Positions 1 to 9,524 are shown, numbered from the stretch's first letter. The stretch is DNA of 32,000 bases from Breznakia blatticola (GCF_004365815.1 NZ_SODD01000004.1:30001-62000), one strand, 5' to 3'. The notes: generated from the letters alone by a model not told the origin. A program made the numbers and translations.

Positions 1-822
1 GCTGCAGTTGCTTCATTAGTTCGTATTTTTGAAGTCTTAGATGCTACAGAAGAATTGCCAGATCATAAGCAACCAAAAACAATTGCAGATGTACATGGTT
101 CTGTGCAAATGAAGGATGTTGCCTTTGGTTATACACCAGATACGATTTTATTGCATGATTTATCTGTTGATATTAAGTCTGGACAAATGGTAGCAATCGT
201 TGGTCCGACAGGAGTAGGAAAAACAACACTGATCAATTTATTAATGCGCTTCTATGATGTAAATGGTGGAGCAATCTGCGTTGATGGTGTTGATATTCGT
301 GATCTAGCACGTGATGATTTGCGTAGTATGTTTGGAATGGTTTTACAAGATACATGGCTATTTAAAGGAACGATTAAAGAAAATATTGCGTATGGAGTCG
401 ATCATGCTACTGATGAGCAAATTGAAGAAGCTGCCAAAATTGCAAATGCACATCACTTCATTCGTACATTGCCAGATGGATACAACATGGTGATCAATGA
501 AGAAGGAAATAATATCTCGCAAGGTGAGAAGCAGTTACTAACAATTGCACGAGCAATTGTTGCGGATCCAAAAATCATGATTCTAGATGAAGCAACTAGT
601 TCTGTCGATACACGTTTGGAGCAAATGCTTCAAGAAGCAATGTCGAAAATCATGGAAGGAAGAACAAGTTTTGTGATTGCGCACCGTCTATCAACAATAA
701 AAAATGCAGATGTCATTTTGGTGATGAAAGATGGAAATATTGTGGAACAAGGAAACCACGAAACACTATTAGCGAAAAAAGGATATTACGAACAATTGTA
801 TAATGCACAATTTGCAGAGTAA
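1..822 (+). CDS. ABC-type exporter, C-terminal ATP-binding domain (MsbA/LmrA-like); 5' end lies outside the window
   Basis: The frame is open from base 1. Walker A GPTGVGKTT, signature-like ISQGEKQLL, Walker B IMILDEATS, H-loop IAHRLST. Stop TAA at 820-822. Confidence 0.9.
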   Translation, partial: AAVASLVRIFEVLDATEELPDHKQPKTIADVHGSVQMKDVAFGYTPDTILLHDLSVDIKSGQMVAIVGPTGVGKTTLINLLMRFYDVNGGAICVDGVDIRDLARDDLRSMFGMVLQDTWLFKGTIKENIAYGVDHATDEQIEEAAKIANAHHFIRTLPDGYNMVINEEGNNISQGEKQLLTIARAIVADPKIMILDEATSSVDTRLEQMLQEAMSKIMEGRTSFVIAHRLSTIKNADVILVMKDGNIVEQGNHETLLAKKGYYEQLYNAQFAE

Positions 823-827
823 TTCAT

Positions 828-860
828 AAGGGTTTGAACATTTGTTCGAATCCTTTTTTC
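828..860 (+). terminator. Intrinsic terminator after the ABC exporter gene
   Basis: AAGGGTTTGAACA / TGTTCGAATCCTT stem (with G-U pairs) followed by a T-run at 854-859. Confidence 0.6.
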
Positions 861-932
861 TGTCATCTGATATTTCCGTTGACTTTGCCAGTGATTGTTG
901 TTTAAATAACTGTATGAATAGGGGAAACGCAT

Positions 933-1436
933 ATGATTGAAATACTTAAATGTGATACAAATGATGTAACGTTATTAGCAAGTTTAGCTAAAGAAATATG
1001 GAGTCAACATTTCTTGCCGATTATTGGACAAGAACAAGTGACGTACATGCTAGAGCATTTTCAAAATGAAGAAGCGATGACGCGTCAAATGGAAGAAGAA
1101 AACTATACATATTTCAAAATCATTGATGGCCAACCAATTGGTTATATTGCAATTGTGTTCAAAGAAGGTGAAGATGCTTTCTTAAGTAAGTTTTACTTAA
1201 AAGAAAGTGCACGTGGACAAGGATATGGTCGCTTTGCTTTAAAGTTTATTGAATTACTTGCACGCGAAAAAGGGTCAACTGGAATTTGGTTAACATGCAA
1301 TAAAGATAATGAACTTACAATTGCTAAATATAAGAAAATGGGATTTGAAATCTTTGAAGAAGCAGTAAATGACATCGGTAATGGTTTTGTTATGGATGAT
1401 TATTACATGCGAAAAGATATTATTAGAAAAGCGTAA
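933..1436 (+). CDS. GNAT family N-acetyltransferase
   Basis: 167 aa. Acetyl-CoA binding-type motif RGQGYGRFAL and the C-terminal KMGF motif typical of GNATs. Confidence 0.85.
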   Translation: MIEILKCDTNDVTLLASLAKEIWSQHFLPIIGQEQVTYMLEHFQNEEAMTRQMEEENYTYFKIIDGQPIGYIAIVFKEGEDAFLSKFYLKESARGQGYGRFALKFIELLAREKGSTGIWLTCNKDNELTIAKYKKMGFEIFEEAVNDIGNGFVMDDYYMRKDIIRKA

Positions 1437-1463
1437 AATACTTCTTGATGAAGTATTTTTTTT
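1437..1463 (+). terminator. Intrinsic terminator after the GNAT gene
   Basis: AATACTTC / GAAGTATT 8-bp stem, 5-nt loop, then T6. Confidence 0.7.
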
Positions 1464-1525
1464 ACATGATTCATGTATGAAAGTATAGTAAACTATAGTT
1501 ATAGAAAACTGTGAAAGGAGCTAGA

Positions 1526-3028
1526 ATGAATCATACATATATTGCAATCGACTTAAAATCATTCTACGCTTCGGTAGAATGTAAAGAACGCAATTTAAAT
1601 CCACTAACAACGAATTTAGTTGTGGCAGACAATAGTCGTACGCAAAAGACCATTTGTTTGGCAGTATCACCATCATTAAAAGCATATGGAGTACCTGGTA
1701 GACCACGTTTGTTTGAGGTACAAAAAATAATACGTGAAGTTAATCAAGAACGAATTAAGAAAGCGACAAATCGTACATTTATCGATGATAGTTATGATGC
1801 ACAGTTTTTAGCTACACATCCAGAATACGAGGTGGATTTTATTGTAGCACCACCACAGATGGCAAAATACATTGAAATCAGTTCACAAATTTATGAAGTG
1901 TATTTGACGTATGTGTCAAAAGAAGATATTCATGTATATTCCATTGATGAAGTTTTCATTGATGTAACACCATACTTAGATACATATAAAATGAGTGCAC
2001 ATGAATTAACACTAAAAATTGTACAAGATGTATATAAACAAACGGGAATCACTGCGACTGCAGGAATCGGAAGCAATTTGTATTTGGCAAAAGTAGCAAT
2101 GGATATCGTTGCTAAGCATATTGAACCTGACAAAGATGGCGTACGCATTGCATCACTAGATGAAATGGAATATCGTCATACTTTATGGAATCATCGTCCA
2201 CTTATTGATTTTTGGCGTGTTGGTCGTGGATATACAAAGAAATTAGAAGCACACGGTCTATATACCATGGGAGATATCGCACGTTGTTCATTAGAAAATG
2301 AAGAAATACTGTATCGCTTATTTGGTGTGAATGCAGAATTGCTTATTGATCATGCGTGGGGATATGAACCATGTACGATGAAGGAAATAAAAAACTATAA
2401 GCCAGCAAATCATAGTTTTGGTGCAGGCCAAGTCTTACATTCGCCATATCCATTTTCCAAAGCGCGAATTATCGTGAAAGAAATGGCTGAAGCACTTGCT
2501 CTTGATATGTTAGAGAAAAAGCTTGTAACCAATAAAGTGGTGCTTTCTGTTGGATATGATAAAGAGAGCTTGCAAATTCCAAAAATACGTAATGCATACA
2601 CAGGAGAAGTTACAACGGATTTTTATGGACGTCAGGTGCCTAAGAGTGCGCATGGGACACAAAACCTTGAACAGCTAACATCTTCAGCTTCTTTAATTAC
2701 ACAAGCGCTATTGGCGTTATTTGACCGTTTGGTGCATAAAGGGTTACTTGTACGTAGAATTAGTATGTCGTTTGCGACATTTCCTGAAGGTACTGTGATT
2801 AAACCCAAAAAGAAATCGGATCAATTGGATCTTTTTACAGATTATGAATCGATTGAAAAAGAAAAGCAACAACAAAATGCCTATTTAGATAAAGAGCGTA
2901 AAGAACAAGAAGCACTGCTTAAAATCAAACAGAAGTTTGGTAAAAATGCAATATTGAAAGCAACGAGTTTACTAGATGGTGCAACTGCAAAAGATCGCAA
3001 CAATCAAATTGGAGGACATAAGAAATGA
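1526..3028 (+). CDS. Y-family (ImpB/MucB/SamB, UvrX/UmuC-like) translesion DNA polymerase
   Basis: N-terminal IAIDLKSFYASVEC and SIDEVFIDVT motifs of Y-family polymerases. ATG 1526 is preferred over GTG 1511 because AAAGGAG sits at 1514-1520. Confidence 0.9.
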   Translation: MNHTYIAIDLKSFYASVECKERNLNPLTTNLVVADNSRTQKTICLAVSPSLKAYGVPGRPRLFEVQKIIREVNQERIKKATNRTFIDDSYDAQFLATHPEYEVDFIVAPPQMAKYIEISSQIYEVYLTYVSKEDIHVYSIDEVFIDVTPYLDTYKMSAHELTLKIVQDVYKQTGITATAGIGSNLYLAKVAMDIVAKHIEPDKDGVRIASLDEMEYRHTLWNHRPLIDFWRVGRGYTKKLEAHGLYTMGDIARCSLENEEILYRLFGVNAELLIDHAWGYEPCTMKEIKNYKPANHSFGAGQVLHSPYPFSKARIIVKEMAEALALDMLEKKLVTNKVVLSVGYDKESLQIPKIRNAYTGEVTTDFYGRQVPKSAHGTQNLEQLTSSASLITQALLALFDRLVHKGLLVRRISMSFATFPEGTVIKPKKKSDQLDLFTDYESIEKEKQQQNAYLDKERKEQEALLKIKQKFGKNAILKATSLLDGATAKDRNNQIGGHKK

Positions 3029-3459
3029 AACGTGATGATCAAGTATTAAAGAAGTATGGGGATATCATCAATCATGCTCGTCCAATTTCAAAAAAACATC
3101 AACCAATGTCGCTACGTAATCGCGCAGCACAATTTGCACCATTTGCAGCACTTACTGGATATGATCAAGCACTTGCAGAAAAAGCAAGACTTACGGATCA
3201 TCGACCTGTATTATCAGAAGAAAAGAAGACTCAAATCAATGATATGTTACAGCAAGTATTTATAAATATTACAAATACACCAGACATACGTGTTTCTTAT
3301 TTTGAGCCAGATGCTAAAAAAGAAGGTGGTAAAATTATTACACTTCATGCATTTGTTAGGAAGATGAGTATTGATGAACGATACATCATGTTAGAAGATA
3401 AACATAGAATTCTTTTTGATGATATTCTTGATGTACAAATTCTAGATACAGAAGAATAA
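3025..3459 (+). CDS. YolD-like protein (putative UmuD-type accessory partner of the Y-family polymerase)
   Basis: 144 aa. The RNRAAQFAPFAALTGY motif is typical of YolD-like proteins. Its start overlaps the polymerase stop in an ATGA (3025-3028). Confidence 0.7.
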   Translation: MKRDDQVLKKYGDIINHARPISKKHQPMSLRNRAAQFAPFAALTGYDQALAEKARLTDHRPVLSEEKKTQINDMLQQVFINITNTPDIRVSYFEPDAKKEGGKIITLHAFVRKMSIDERYIMLEDKHRILFDDILDVQILDTEE

Positions 3460-3467
3460 AAAGATGT

Positions 3468-3496
3468 TTGACAAACAAAGCGTATTTTGTTACTGT
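3468..3496 (+). promoter_or_regulatory. Sigma-A-type promoter for the MATE leader
   Basis: TTGACA (3468-3473), 17-nt spacer, TACTGT (3491-3496) with an extended -10 TG at 3488-3489. Confidence 0.5.
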
Positions 3497-3519
3497 AGAC
3501 ATCAGTTATCGGAGGACTT

Positions 3520-3561
3520 ATGAACGTAAGTATAAGACCGGATAAGATAGCGAATATATAA
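3520..3561 (+). CDS. Candidate 13-codon leader peptide (MNVSIRPDKIANI) upstream of the MATE gene
   Basis: GGAGG at 3511-3515, ATG 3520, TAA 3559-3561. Codons 7-10 contain one copy of the ACCGGATAAGA element that can pair with the terminator 3' arm. Confidence 0.35.
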   Translation: MNVSIRPDKIANI

Positions 3562-3592
3562 TTTTCGGAGCGTTGCTTTTGCGTATGAAAGC

Positions 3593-3638
3593 ACCGGATA
3601 AGAAGATTGTCACTGTTCGTATCTTATCCGGTTTTTTG
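3593..3638 (+). terminator. Intrinsic terminator/attenuator in the MATE leader
   Basis: ACCGGATAAGA (3593-3603) pairs with TCTTATCCGGT (3622-3632), followed by T6. It lies 20 nt upstream of the MATE start codon. Confidence 0.75.
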
Positions 3639-3658
3639 TTTGAAGAGGGGAGAGTTTT

Positions 3659-4981
3659 ATGAGTTTATTACAAGGAAATATCAAACGTACGTATACGAAA
3701 TATTTAGCTGCAGCGTTTGGTGGTGCGATGATTACATCAATTTATTCATTAGTTGATATGGCGATGGTAGGGAATTATCAAGGTCCAGAAGGAACTGCAG
3801 CACTTGCTGTGGTTGCACCAATTTGGAATGTGATCTACAGTTTAGGTTTACTAATGGGTGTTGGTGGTTCTGTAATGTTTAGCACAATGATGGGGCAAAA
3901 AGAAAAAGATACACATCGAGCAAATACGTATTTCAGTGTTGCTCTTATTGGTTCTATAGTGTTTGCACTACTTGCGTGGGCTGCTTTGCTTTTATATGAG
4001 AAGCAAATCCTAGTTTTATTTGGTGCTGATCCAAATCTGCTTGAACTAGCAAGTGCATATGTATTACCAGTAAAAATTGTATTACCTGTATTTTTATTTA
4101 ATCAAATGCTAGCAGCTTTCTTGCGAAATGATAATCATCCTGGATTAGCAACAGCAGGTGTCTTAGCAGGTGGATTATTCAACGTTGTTGGTGATTATGT
4201 GTTTGTGTTTACTTTAGATATGGGAATATTTGGAGCAGGACTAGCAACTGCTATAGGAGCACTTATCACTTTTATAGTTATGCTCACGCATTTTTGGTCG
4301 AAGAAAAATACATTACGTATAGTAAAAGTTGATACATTTTTTACGACATGTAAGGAAATAGTAATTACTGGATTTCCAACATTTTTTATCGATATTGCAA
4401 TGGGAATACTCACCATCTTATTTAATCGTCAAATTATGAAGTACTTAGATAGTGATGCTCTTGCAATTTATGGACCAGTCATTAATGTCAGTACAATTGT
4501 ACAGTGTTGTGCATATAGTGTTGGACAAGCAGCACAACCTATCATTTCTATTAACTATGGAGCAAAGAAATATGGACGCATCAAAGAAACTTTGAAATAC
4601 GCATTATATACTGTAAGTATCTTTGCGTTATTTTGGACCGTTTTTAGTATGGTGTGGCCAAATGCGTATATCTATATTTTCATGAAACCAACGGATAGTA
4701 TACTAGCAGCAGCACCAGCGATTATTCGCAGGTATAGTTTGTCATTTATTTTGTTGCCATTAAATATTTTTTCTACGTATTATTTCCAAGCCATATTAAA
4801 ACCAAAAGCAGCATTTTTAGTTTCTGTATTACGTGGTTGCCTAATTAGCGGAGCTTTGATTTTGTTGTTGCCAGTTGTAGTTAATGTAAATGCTTTGTGG
4901 TTTGCAATGCCAATTACCGAACTATTCGTTGCCTTGCTTGCACTCTATTATATTGTTAGATATACAAAGGACTTACAATAG
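3659..4981 (+). CDS. MATE family multidrug/toxic-compound efflux transporter
   Basis: 440 aa, about 12 predicted TM segments. The N-terminal pattern LVDMAMVGNYQGPEGTAALAV is typical of MATE/NorM/MepA-like proteins. Confidence 0.9.
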   Translation: MSLLQGNIKRTYTKYLAAAFGGAMITSIYSLVDMAMVGNYQGPEGTAALAVVAPIWNVIYSLGLLMGVGGSVMFSTMMGQKEKDTHRANTYFSVALIGSIVFALLAWAALLLYEKQILVLFGADPNLLELASAYVLPVKIVLPVFLFNQMLAAFLRNDNHPGLATAGVLAGGLFNVVGDYVFVFTLDMGIFGAGLATAIGALITFIVMLTHFWSKKNTLRIVKVDTFFTTCKEIVITGFPTFFIDIAMGILTILFNRQIMKYLDSDALAIYGPVINVSTIVQCCAYSVGQAAQPIISINYGAKKYGRIKETLKYALYTVSIFALFWTVFSMVWPNAYIYIFMKPTDSILAAAPAIIRRYSLSFILLPLNIFSTYYFQAILKPKAAFLVSVLRGCLISGALILLLPVVVNVNALWFAMPITELFVALLALYYIVRYTKDLQ

Positions 4982-5023
4982 TTATTATCTACAAGTGTTA
5001 AGGAATCGTGTTATACTATTTGT

Positions 5024-6151
5024 ATGATAAATGCATTATATATACATATTCCTTTTTGTGAGAATATTTGTTATTACTGTGATTTCAAACGAAGTGTCTA
5101 CAACCAAGAGGTGGTAGATGCATTTTTATCACAGCTTGAAAAAGAAATAACTGCTCGGGTTCAAAATAAAATGCTTCATACGATTTATATTGGTGGAGGT
5201 ACACCTACATGCTTACATGAAGCACAATTAGAAAGGTTATTACATATTGTAGAGCCATATACACACACGGCTGCTGAATATACCATGGAATCAAATTTAG
5301 AATCCATTTCAGAAGCGAAACTAGAATTAATGCAAGCTCATGGGGTGAATCGTATCTCTTTAGGTGTACAGTCATACAATGATGATTTGTTAATGTATAT
5401 GAACCGTAAACATAAAGCAGCAGATATCGATTCGACAATTGCCACAATTGCTTCCTATATTCCTAATATATCCATTGATCTTATTTATGGGTTTGAAAAC
5501 CAAAGTAAAGAGATATGGCTTGATTCACTAGAGAAAGCAACAAGCAACCCTAATGTAAAGCACATTTCAATTTATTCATTAACCATTGAAGATAACAGTG
5601 TATTTGGAAAACGAGGTGTAAAACCGATTGATAGTGATCTTGAAGCAGATATGTACATTCTTGGTCGTGAATATTTAAAAACACATGGATTTGAACACTA
5701 CGAAATCGCCAATTATGCACGCGCTGGATATGAGTCAAAACACAATCAAGTGTATTGGGCATATGAAGATTTTTATGGAGTTGGCTTAGGTGCCAGTGGA
5801 AAAGATGGTCATTTACGTTATGCAATTACAGGAACTATGGATACATATATTAATGATGGGGGTACACTTTTTGAAGAACACTTGTCTGATAAAGATATCT
5901 TAATTGAGTATTTAATGATGAATTTACGAACAAAAAAAGGAATTGATAAGGTCAAATTCAAAGAAATATTTCATCGTAGTTTTGATGATTTATTTGACGA
6001 TGCAATTGAACGTCTTGTTTTATACCATCAAGCCATTCAAAGTCCAACACATTTTGCAATGAGTGAAGAGGGGATGTTATTACTACATACCCATTTAGTA
6101 CAATTCATGGAAGTCATTGATATTATCATGGAGGATGAACAAGATGTATGA
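5024..6151 (+). CDS. hemW: Radical SAM heme chaperone HemW (HemN-like, oxygen-independent coproporphyrinogen oxidase family)
   Basis: YIHIPFCENICYYCDF (CxxxCxxC radical SAM cluster), GGGTPT motif, 375 aa. Confidence 0.9.
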   Translation: MINALYIHIPFCENICYYCDFKRSVYNQEVVDAFLSQLEKEITARVQNKMLHTIYIGGGTPTCLHEAQLERLLHIVEPYTHTAAEYTMESNLESISEAKLELMQAHGVNRISLGVQSYNDDLLMYMNRKHKAADIDSTIATIASYIPNISIDLIYGFENQSKEIWLDSLEKATSNPNVKHISIYSLTIEDNSVFGKRGVKPIDSDLEADMYILGREYLKTHGFEHYEIANYARAGYESKHNQVYWAYEDFYGVGLGASGKDGHLRYAITGTMDTYINDGGTLFEEHLSDKDILIEYLMMNLRTKKGIDKVKFKEIFHRSFDDLFDDAIERLVLYHQAIQSPTHFAMSEEGMLLLHTHLVQFMEVIDIIMEDEQDV

Positions 6152-6674
6152 GAAAACCTTAGAGACAAAAACGATCTATAAAGGAAAGATTTTGGATGTT
6201 AGTGTTTCCAAAGTAGAACTTGAAGATGGAAAGATAAGTACAAGAGAGGTTGCACATAATACAGGTGGTGTTTGTGTACTCGCATTAGATCCAGATGAAA
6301 ACATCATTATGGTAAAGCAATTTCGCTATCCATCAAAAGAAGAGTTATATGAACTAGCTGGTGGAAAACATAATGAAAATGAAACACATGAGCAAACAGG
6401 TATGCGTGAACTGTTAGAAGAAACAGGATACGTATCTAGTGATGTGACATATATGGGGTATTTATATCCTACAGTTGCATATGCTGATGAAGTCATTCAT
6501 ATGGTCCTTGCTAGAAACTGTGTATACCATAAGCAACAACTCGATCCTGGAGAGTTTGTCCATGTTGAAGTAATACCACTGAATCAAGCACTTGAAATGA
6601 TAAGTAATAATGTAATTAAAGATGGAAAGACGATTGTCGCGATCTTAAAATATATGCAATTTATGAAGAAATAA
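6144..6674 (+). CDS. NUDIX hydrolase (ADP-ribose pyrophosphatase-like)
   Basis: Nudix box GGKHNENETHEQTGMRELLEETG. ATG 6144 is preferred because GGAGGA at 6130-6135 lies 8 nt upstream. It overlaps the hemW 3' end. Confidence 0.85.
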   Translation: MYEKTLETKTIYKGKILDVSVSKVELEDGKISTREVAHNTGGVCVLALDPDENIIMVKQFRYPSKEELYELAGGKHNENETHEQTGMRELLEETGYVSSDVTYMGYLYPTVAYADEVIHMVLARNCVYHKQQLDPGEFVHVEVIPLNQALEMISNNVIKDGKTIVAILKYMQFMKK

Positions 6675-6716
6675 AAAAACGATTTTCACAATTTGATGTG
6701 AGAATCGTTTTTTTTC
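6673..6716. terminator. Bidirectional intrinsic terminator between convergent NUDIX and trkH genes
   Basis: AACGATTTTCACA / TGTGAGAATCGTT stem flanked by an A7 run and a T9 run. Confidence 0.75.
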
Positions 6717-8161
6717 TATTTACGCCAAGCAGATGGCGAGAATAATAGTAACATAGGTATAATTTCCAAACGTCCAGCTAACATGTCAAAGGTCATTGTT
6801 AACTTAGAAAGGATTGAGAAATTGGCAAAACTTTCTACAGGTCCAGCCATATTCATTCCTGGACCGATGTTATTGAATGTTGCATTCACTGCACTAAAAG
6901 TAGACATTAAGTCAAAGTTATCTAAAGACACGATGAGTGTTGATATACCCATAATTGCAATATAGAGAACTAAATAACTTTTCGTACTTGCTACAACATC
7001 GCTTTCCACAACTTTTCCATCCATTTGGACAACTTGTACCCGACGAGGTGAAATAAAGTTGCGCAGTTGGTTAAGTGCATTCTTACAAATGATAACAAGT
7101 CTTTGAATTTTAAATCCACCACCAGTAGAACCTGCCATCGCTCCTGTCAACATCAATCCAAGTAAGATGAGTTTTGAGAACATTGGCCAAGTATTATAAT
7201 CCACGGTTGTATAACCAGTAGTTGTAATAATACTACCGACTTGGAAACTACTTTGTAGTACTGTATCCCATAGGTTACCAACTTGTCCATAAATATTAAA
7301 TGAAATAAGTACAATCGCTATAATAATTACACCAAGATAGGCACGTAATTCTTCGGATTTAAATGCGGATTTAAAGCGACGTAGTAAAATCAAGTAATAA
7401 ATATTGAAGTTAATTCCAAAGGCAATCATTCCTACAGTTAATATTACTTGAATGTGTGGTGCATAAATTCCTGCACCTGCACTACTGATTGAGAACCCAC
7501 CAGTACCAGCAGTTCCTAATCCCATGGTAATTGCATCATATATTGGCATACCTGCAATGATTAAAGTCACAATGAGCACGATTGTCATAATAAAGTAAAT
7601 TCCATATAGAATACGTGCAGTATCCTTAATGCGAGGTACCAGTTTACCAACACTTGGTCCTGGTGATTCAGCTCGCATCATATGAATGGTGTTTCCTTGT
7701 TGGTTACTTTCTATTGGTAAGATTGTTAGTACAAATACAAGAACTCCCATTCCACCAATCCAGTGTGAAAAGCTACGCCATAAAATAGTTGCTTTACTTA
7801 ATACATCAGGATTTGGCACGATACTTGCACCCGTGGTTGTAAAACCAGATACAATTTCAAATAATGCATCATGTACTTTTGGAATTTCACCAGTTAAGAT
7901 AAATGGCAGCATCCCAACAATTGAAAGTGCAATCCAACTTAGTGCAACAACAAGAAATCCTTCTTTGGCACGAAAACTACGTGCTTTTGGTTTATGTAAA
8001 GTACAAATACTTCCAACAATAAAGGTTGCAATAGCAACGCCTAAATAAACATAAGTTGCATCTTCTTGATAATAAAGACCTGTTAGGACAGGAAATAGCA
8101 TACAACATGCTTCAATTTTTAAAACCCATCCTAAGATAAAACGTAATTTTGAATTTCTCAT
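6716..8161 (-). CDS. trkH: TrkH/KtrB-family potassium uptake membrane subunit
   Basis: Polytopic protein with repeated selectivity-filter-like motifs (TTTGAS, GTAGTGGF, TTTGYT, GSTGGG). ATG at 8161 (MRNSKLRF) abuts the trkA stop; the ORF could extend to 8182. Confidence 0.9.
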   Translation of the reverse strand: MRNSKLRFILGWVLKIEACCMLFPVLTGLYYQEDATYVYLGVAIATFIVGSICTLHKPKARSFRAKEGFLVVALSWIALSIVGMLPFILTGEIPKVHDALFEIVSGFTTTGASIVPNPDVLSKATILWRSFSHWIGGMGVLVFVLTILPIESNQQGNTIHMMRAESPGPSVGKLVPRIKDTARILYGIYFIMTIVLIVTLIIAGMPIYDAITMGLGTAGTGGFSISSAGAGIYAPHIQVILTVGMIAFGINFNIYYLILLRRFKSAFKSEELRAYLGVIIIAIVLISFNIYGQVGNLWDTVLQSSFQVGSIITTTGYTTVDYNTWPMFSKLILLGLMLTGAMAGSTGGGFKIQRLVIICKNALNQLRNFISPRRVQVVQMDGKVVESDVVASTKSYLVLYIAIMGISTLIVSLDNFDLMSTFSAVNATFNNIGPGMNMAGPVESFANFSILSKLTMTFDMLAGRLEIIPMLLLFSPSAWRK

Positions 8162-8162
8162 A

Positions 8163-9524
8163 TTAACGAACCAGGATATCATTCAAATCTTTTAAACCAT
8201 GAATTTGTGTAATAACAATGACATGGTCATTTGGTAATAGTACATCATTACCTTTAGGAATGATAATTTTTCCTTTACGATTGATACAAGAAATAAGTAA
8301 ATGATCTTTTGTTTTTAAATCGATAAGTGGAATATTTGTGACTGCACAGTTTTCACCGACATGAAATTCCAAGACTTCTACTTTTCCATCAATAATGCGT
8401 GAGAAGGTTTCTACAGCACTACCTAGTGGATTTTGTAGGGAACGCACATAGCGAATAATGCTATATGAAGTTAATAGTTTTGGATTGATGATACTACCAA
8501 TAGGTAGTTCGCAAATGATGCTATCAAAGGTCGAACGTTTTACTTTTGTTACCACCTTTTTAATGGTTGGTATATTTTGTGCATACATACTTAGCATGAT
8601 ATTTTCTTCATCAATACCCGTTAAGGTAACCATTGCTTCATGTTCCAACAACCCTTCTTCTTCAAGTAAGTTTTGTTCAGTTGCATCACCACAAATGACA
8701 TTAGCTTTTGGTAGTAGGGTAGATAGTTCCATGCAACGATCATATTTTGATTCAATGATACTTACACCCACACCTTTTTCTAATAATTGTTTTGCAAGGT
8801 AATGACAAATCATACTTCCACCAACAAGCATTACATTTTTAGCGGGTTTGATTCCTGCTCCAATACCATAAAAGAATTTACTTGTGTATTTTGGAGTAGC
8901 AAGAACATAGATAATATCACCAGAATGAATCGTGACATTTCCATCTGGAATAATGACATCATCTTTACGCTCGATGGCACAAATTAAGTAATCGCCTAAA
9001 CGTTTTTTTCCTAAATCCATCATACTCAAACCAACAAGTGGTGAGTTCTTTGGAATTGGATATTGTACAATTTCTGCTTTACCACGTGAGAATGTATCAA
9101 TTTTTGTAGCACTAGGAAAACGTAAGATTCTTAAGATTTCCTTACTTGCTGTATATTCAGGATTGATAATCATCGATAAACCAATCGCATCCTTAATATG
9201 TTCTTCTTCTTTTTTATAGATTGGATTTCTAACTCTAGCAATCGTGTTGATGTTTCGCCCCTTTTTTGCCATAACACAACATAGCAAATTCAATTCATCA
9301 ACATTTGTTACTGCAACAAACATATCACAGTTTTCAATTCCAGCTTCTTGTTGAATGTTATAACTTCCAGCGTGTCCGACAACACCAAGAACATCTAAAT
9401 CCGTACAAGCAGTTTCTAAAGCTTCTTTTCGTTGGTCAATTAAGGTGATATCGTGACCCTCTTCACGTAAAACCTTAGCGATGGAGTACCCAACACTCCC
9501 GCAACCAGCAACAATAATATTCAT
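8163..9524 (-). CDS. trkA: TrkA potassium uptake regulatory subunit (tandem RCK/NAD-binding domains)
   Basis: 453 aa. MNIIVAGCGSVG and VMLVGGSMICHY Rossmann starts mark two RCK_N domains, each followed by an RCK_C-like region. Confidence 0.9.
   Translation of the reverse strand: MNIIVAGCGSVGYSIAKVLREEGHDITLIDQRKEALETACTDLDVLGVVGHAGSYNIQQEAGIENCDMFVAVTNVDELNLLCCVMAKKGRNINTIARVRNPIYKKEEEHIKDAIGLSMIINPEYTASKEILRILRFPSATKIDTFSRGKAEIVQYPIPKNSPLVGLSMMDLGKKRLGDYLICAIERKDDVIIPDGNVTIHSGDIIYVLATPKYTSKFFYGIGAGIKPAKNVMLVGGSMICHYLAKQLLEKGVGVSIIESKYDRCMELSTLLPKANVICGDATEQNLLEEEGLLEHEAMVTLTGIDEENIMLSMYAQNIPTIKKVVTKVKRSTFDSIICELPIGSIINPKLLTSYSIIRYVRSLQNPLGSAVETFSRIIDGKVEVLEFHVGENCAVTNIPLIDLKTKDHLLISCINRKGKIIIPKGNDVLLPNDHVIVITQIHGLKDLNDILVR

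Noticed and set aside
1464-1525. LexA/Cheo box in front of the Y-family polymerase
   Set aside because: No GAAC-N4-GTTC-like sequence is present, only a TATAGT-AA-ACTATA inverted repeat that may simply be -10-like AT-rich sequence.
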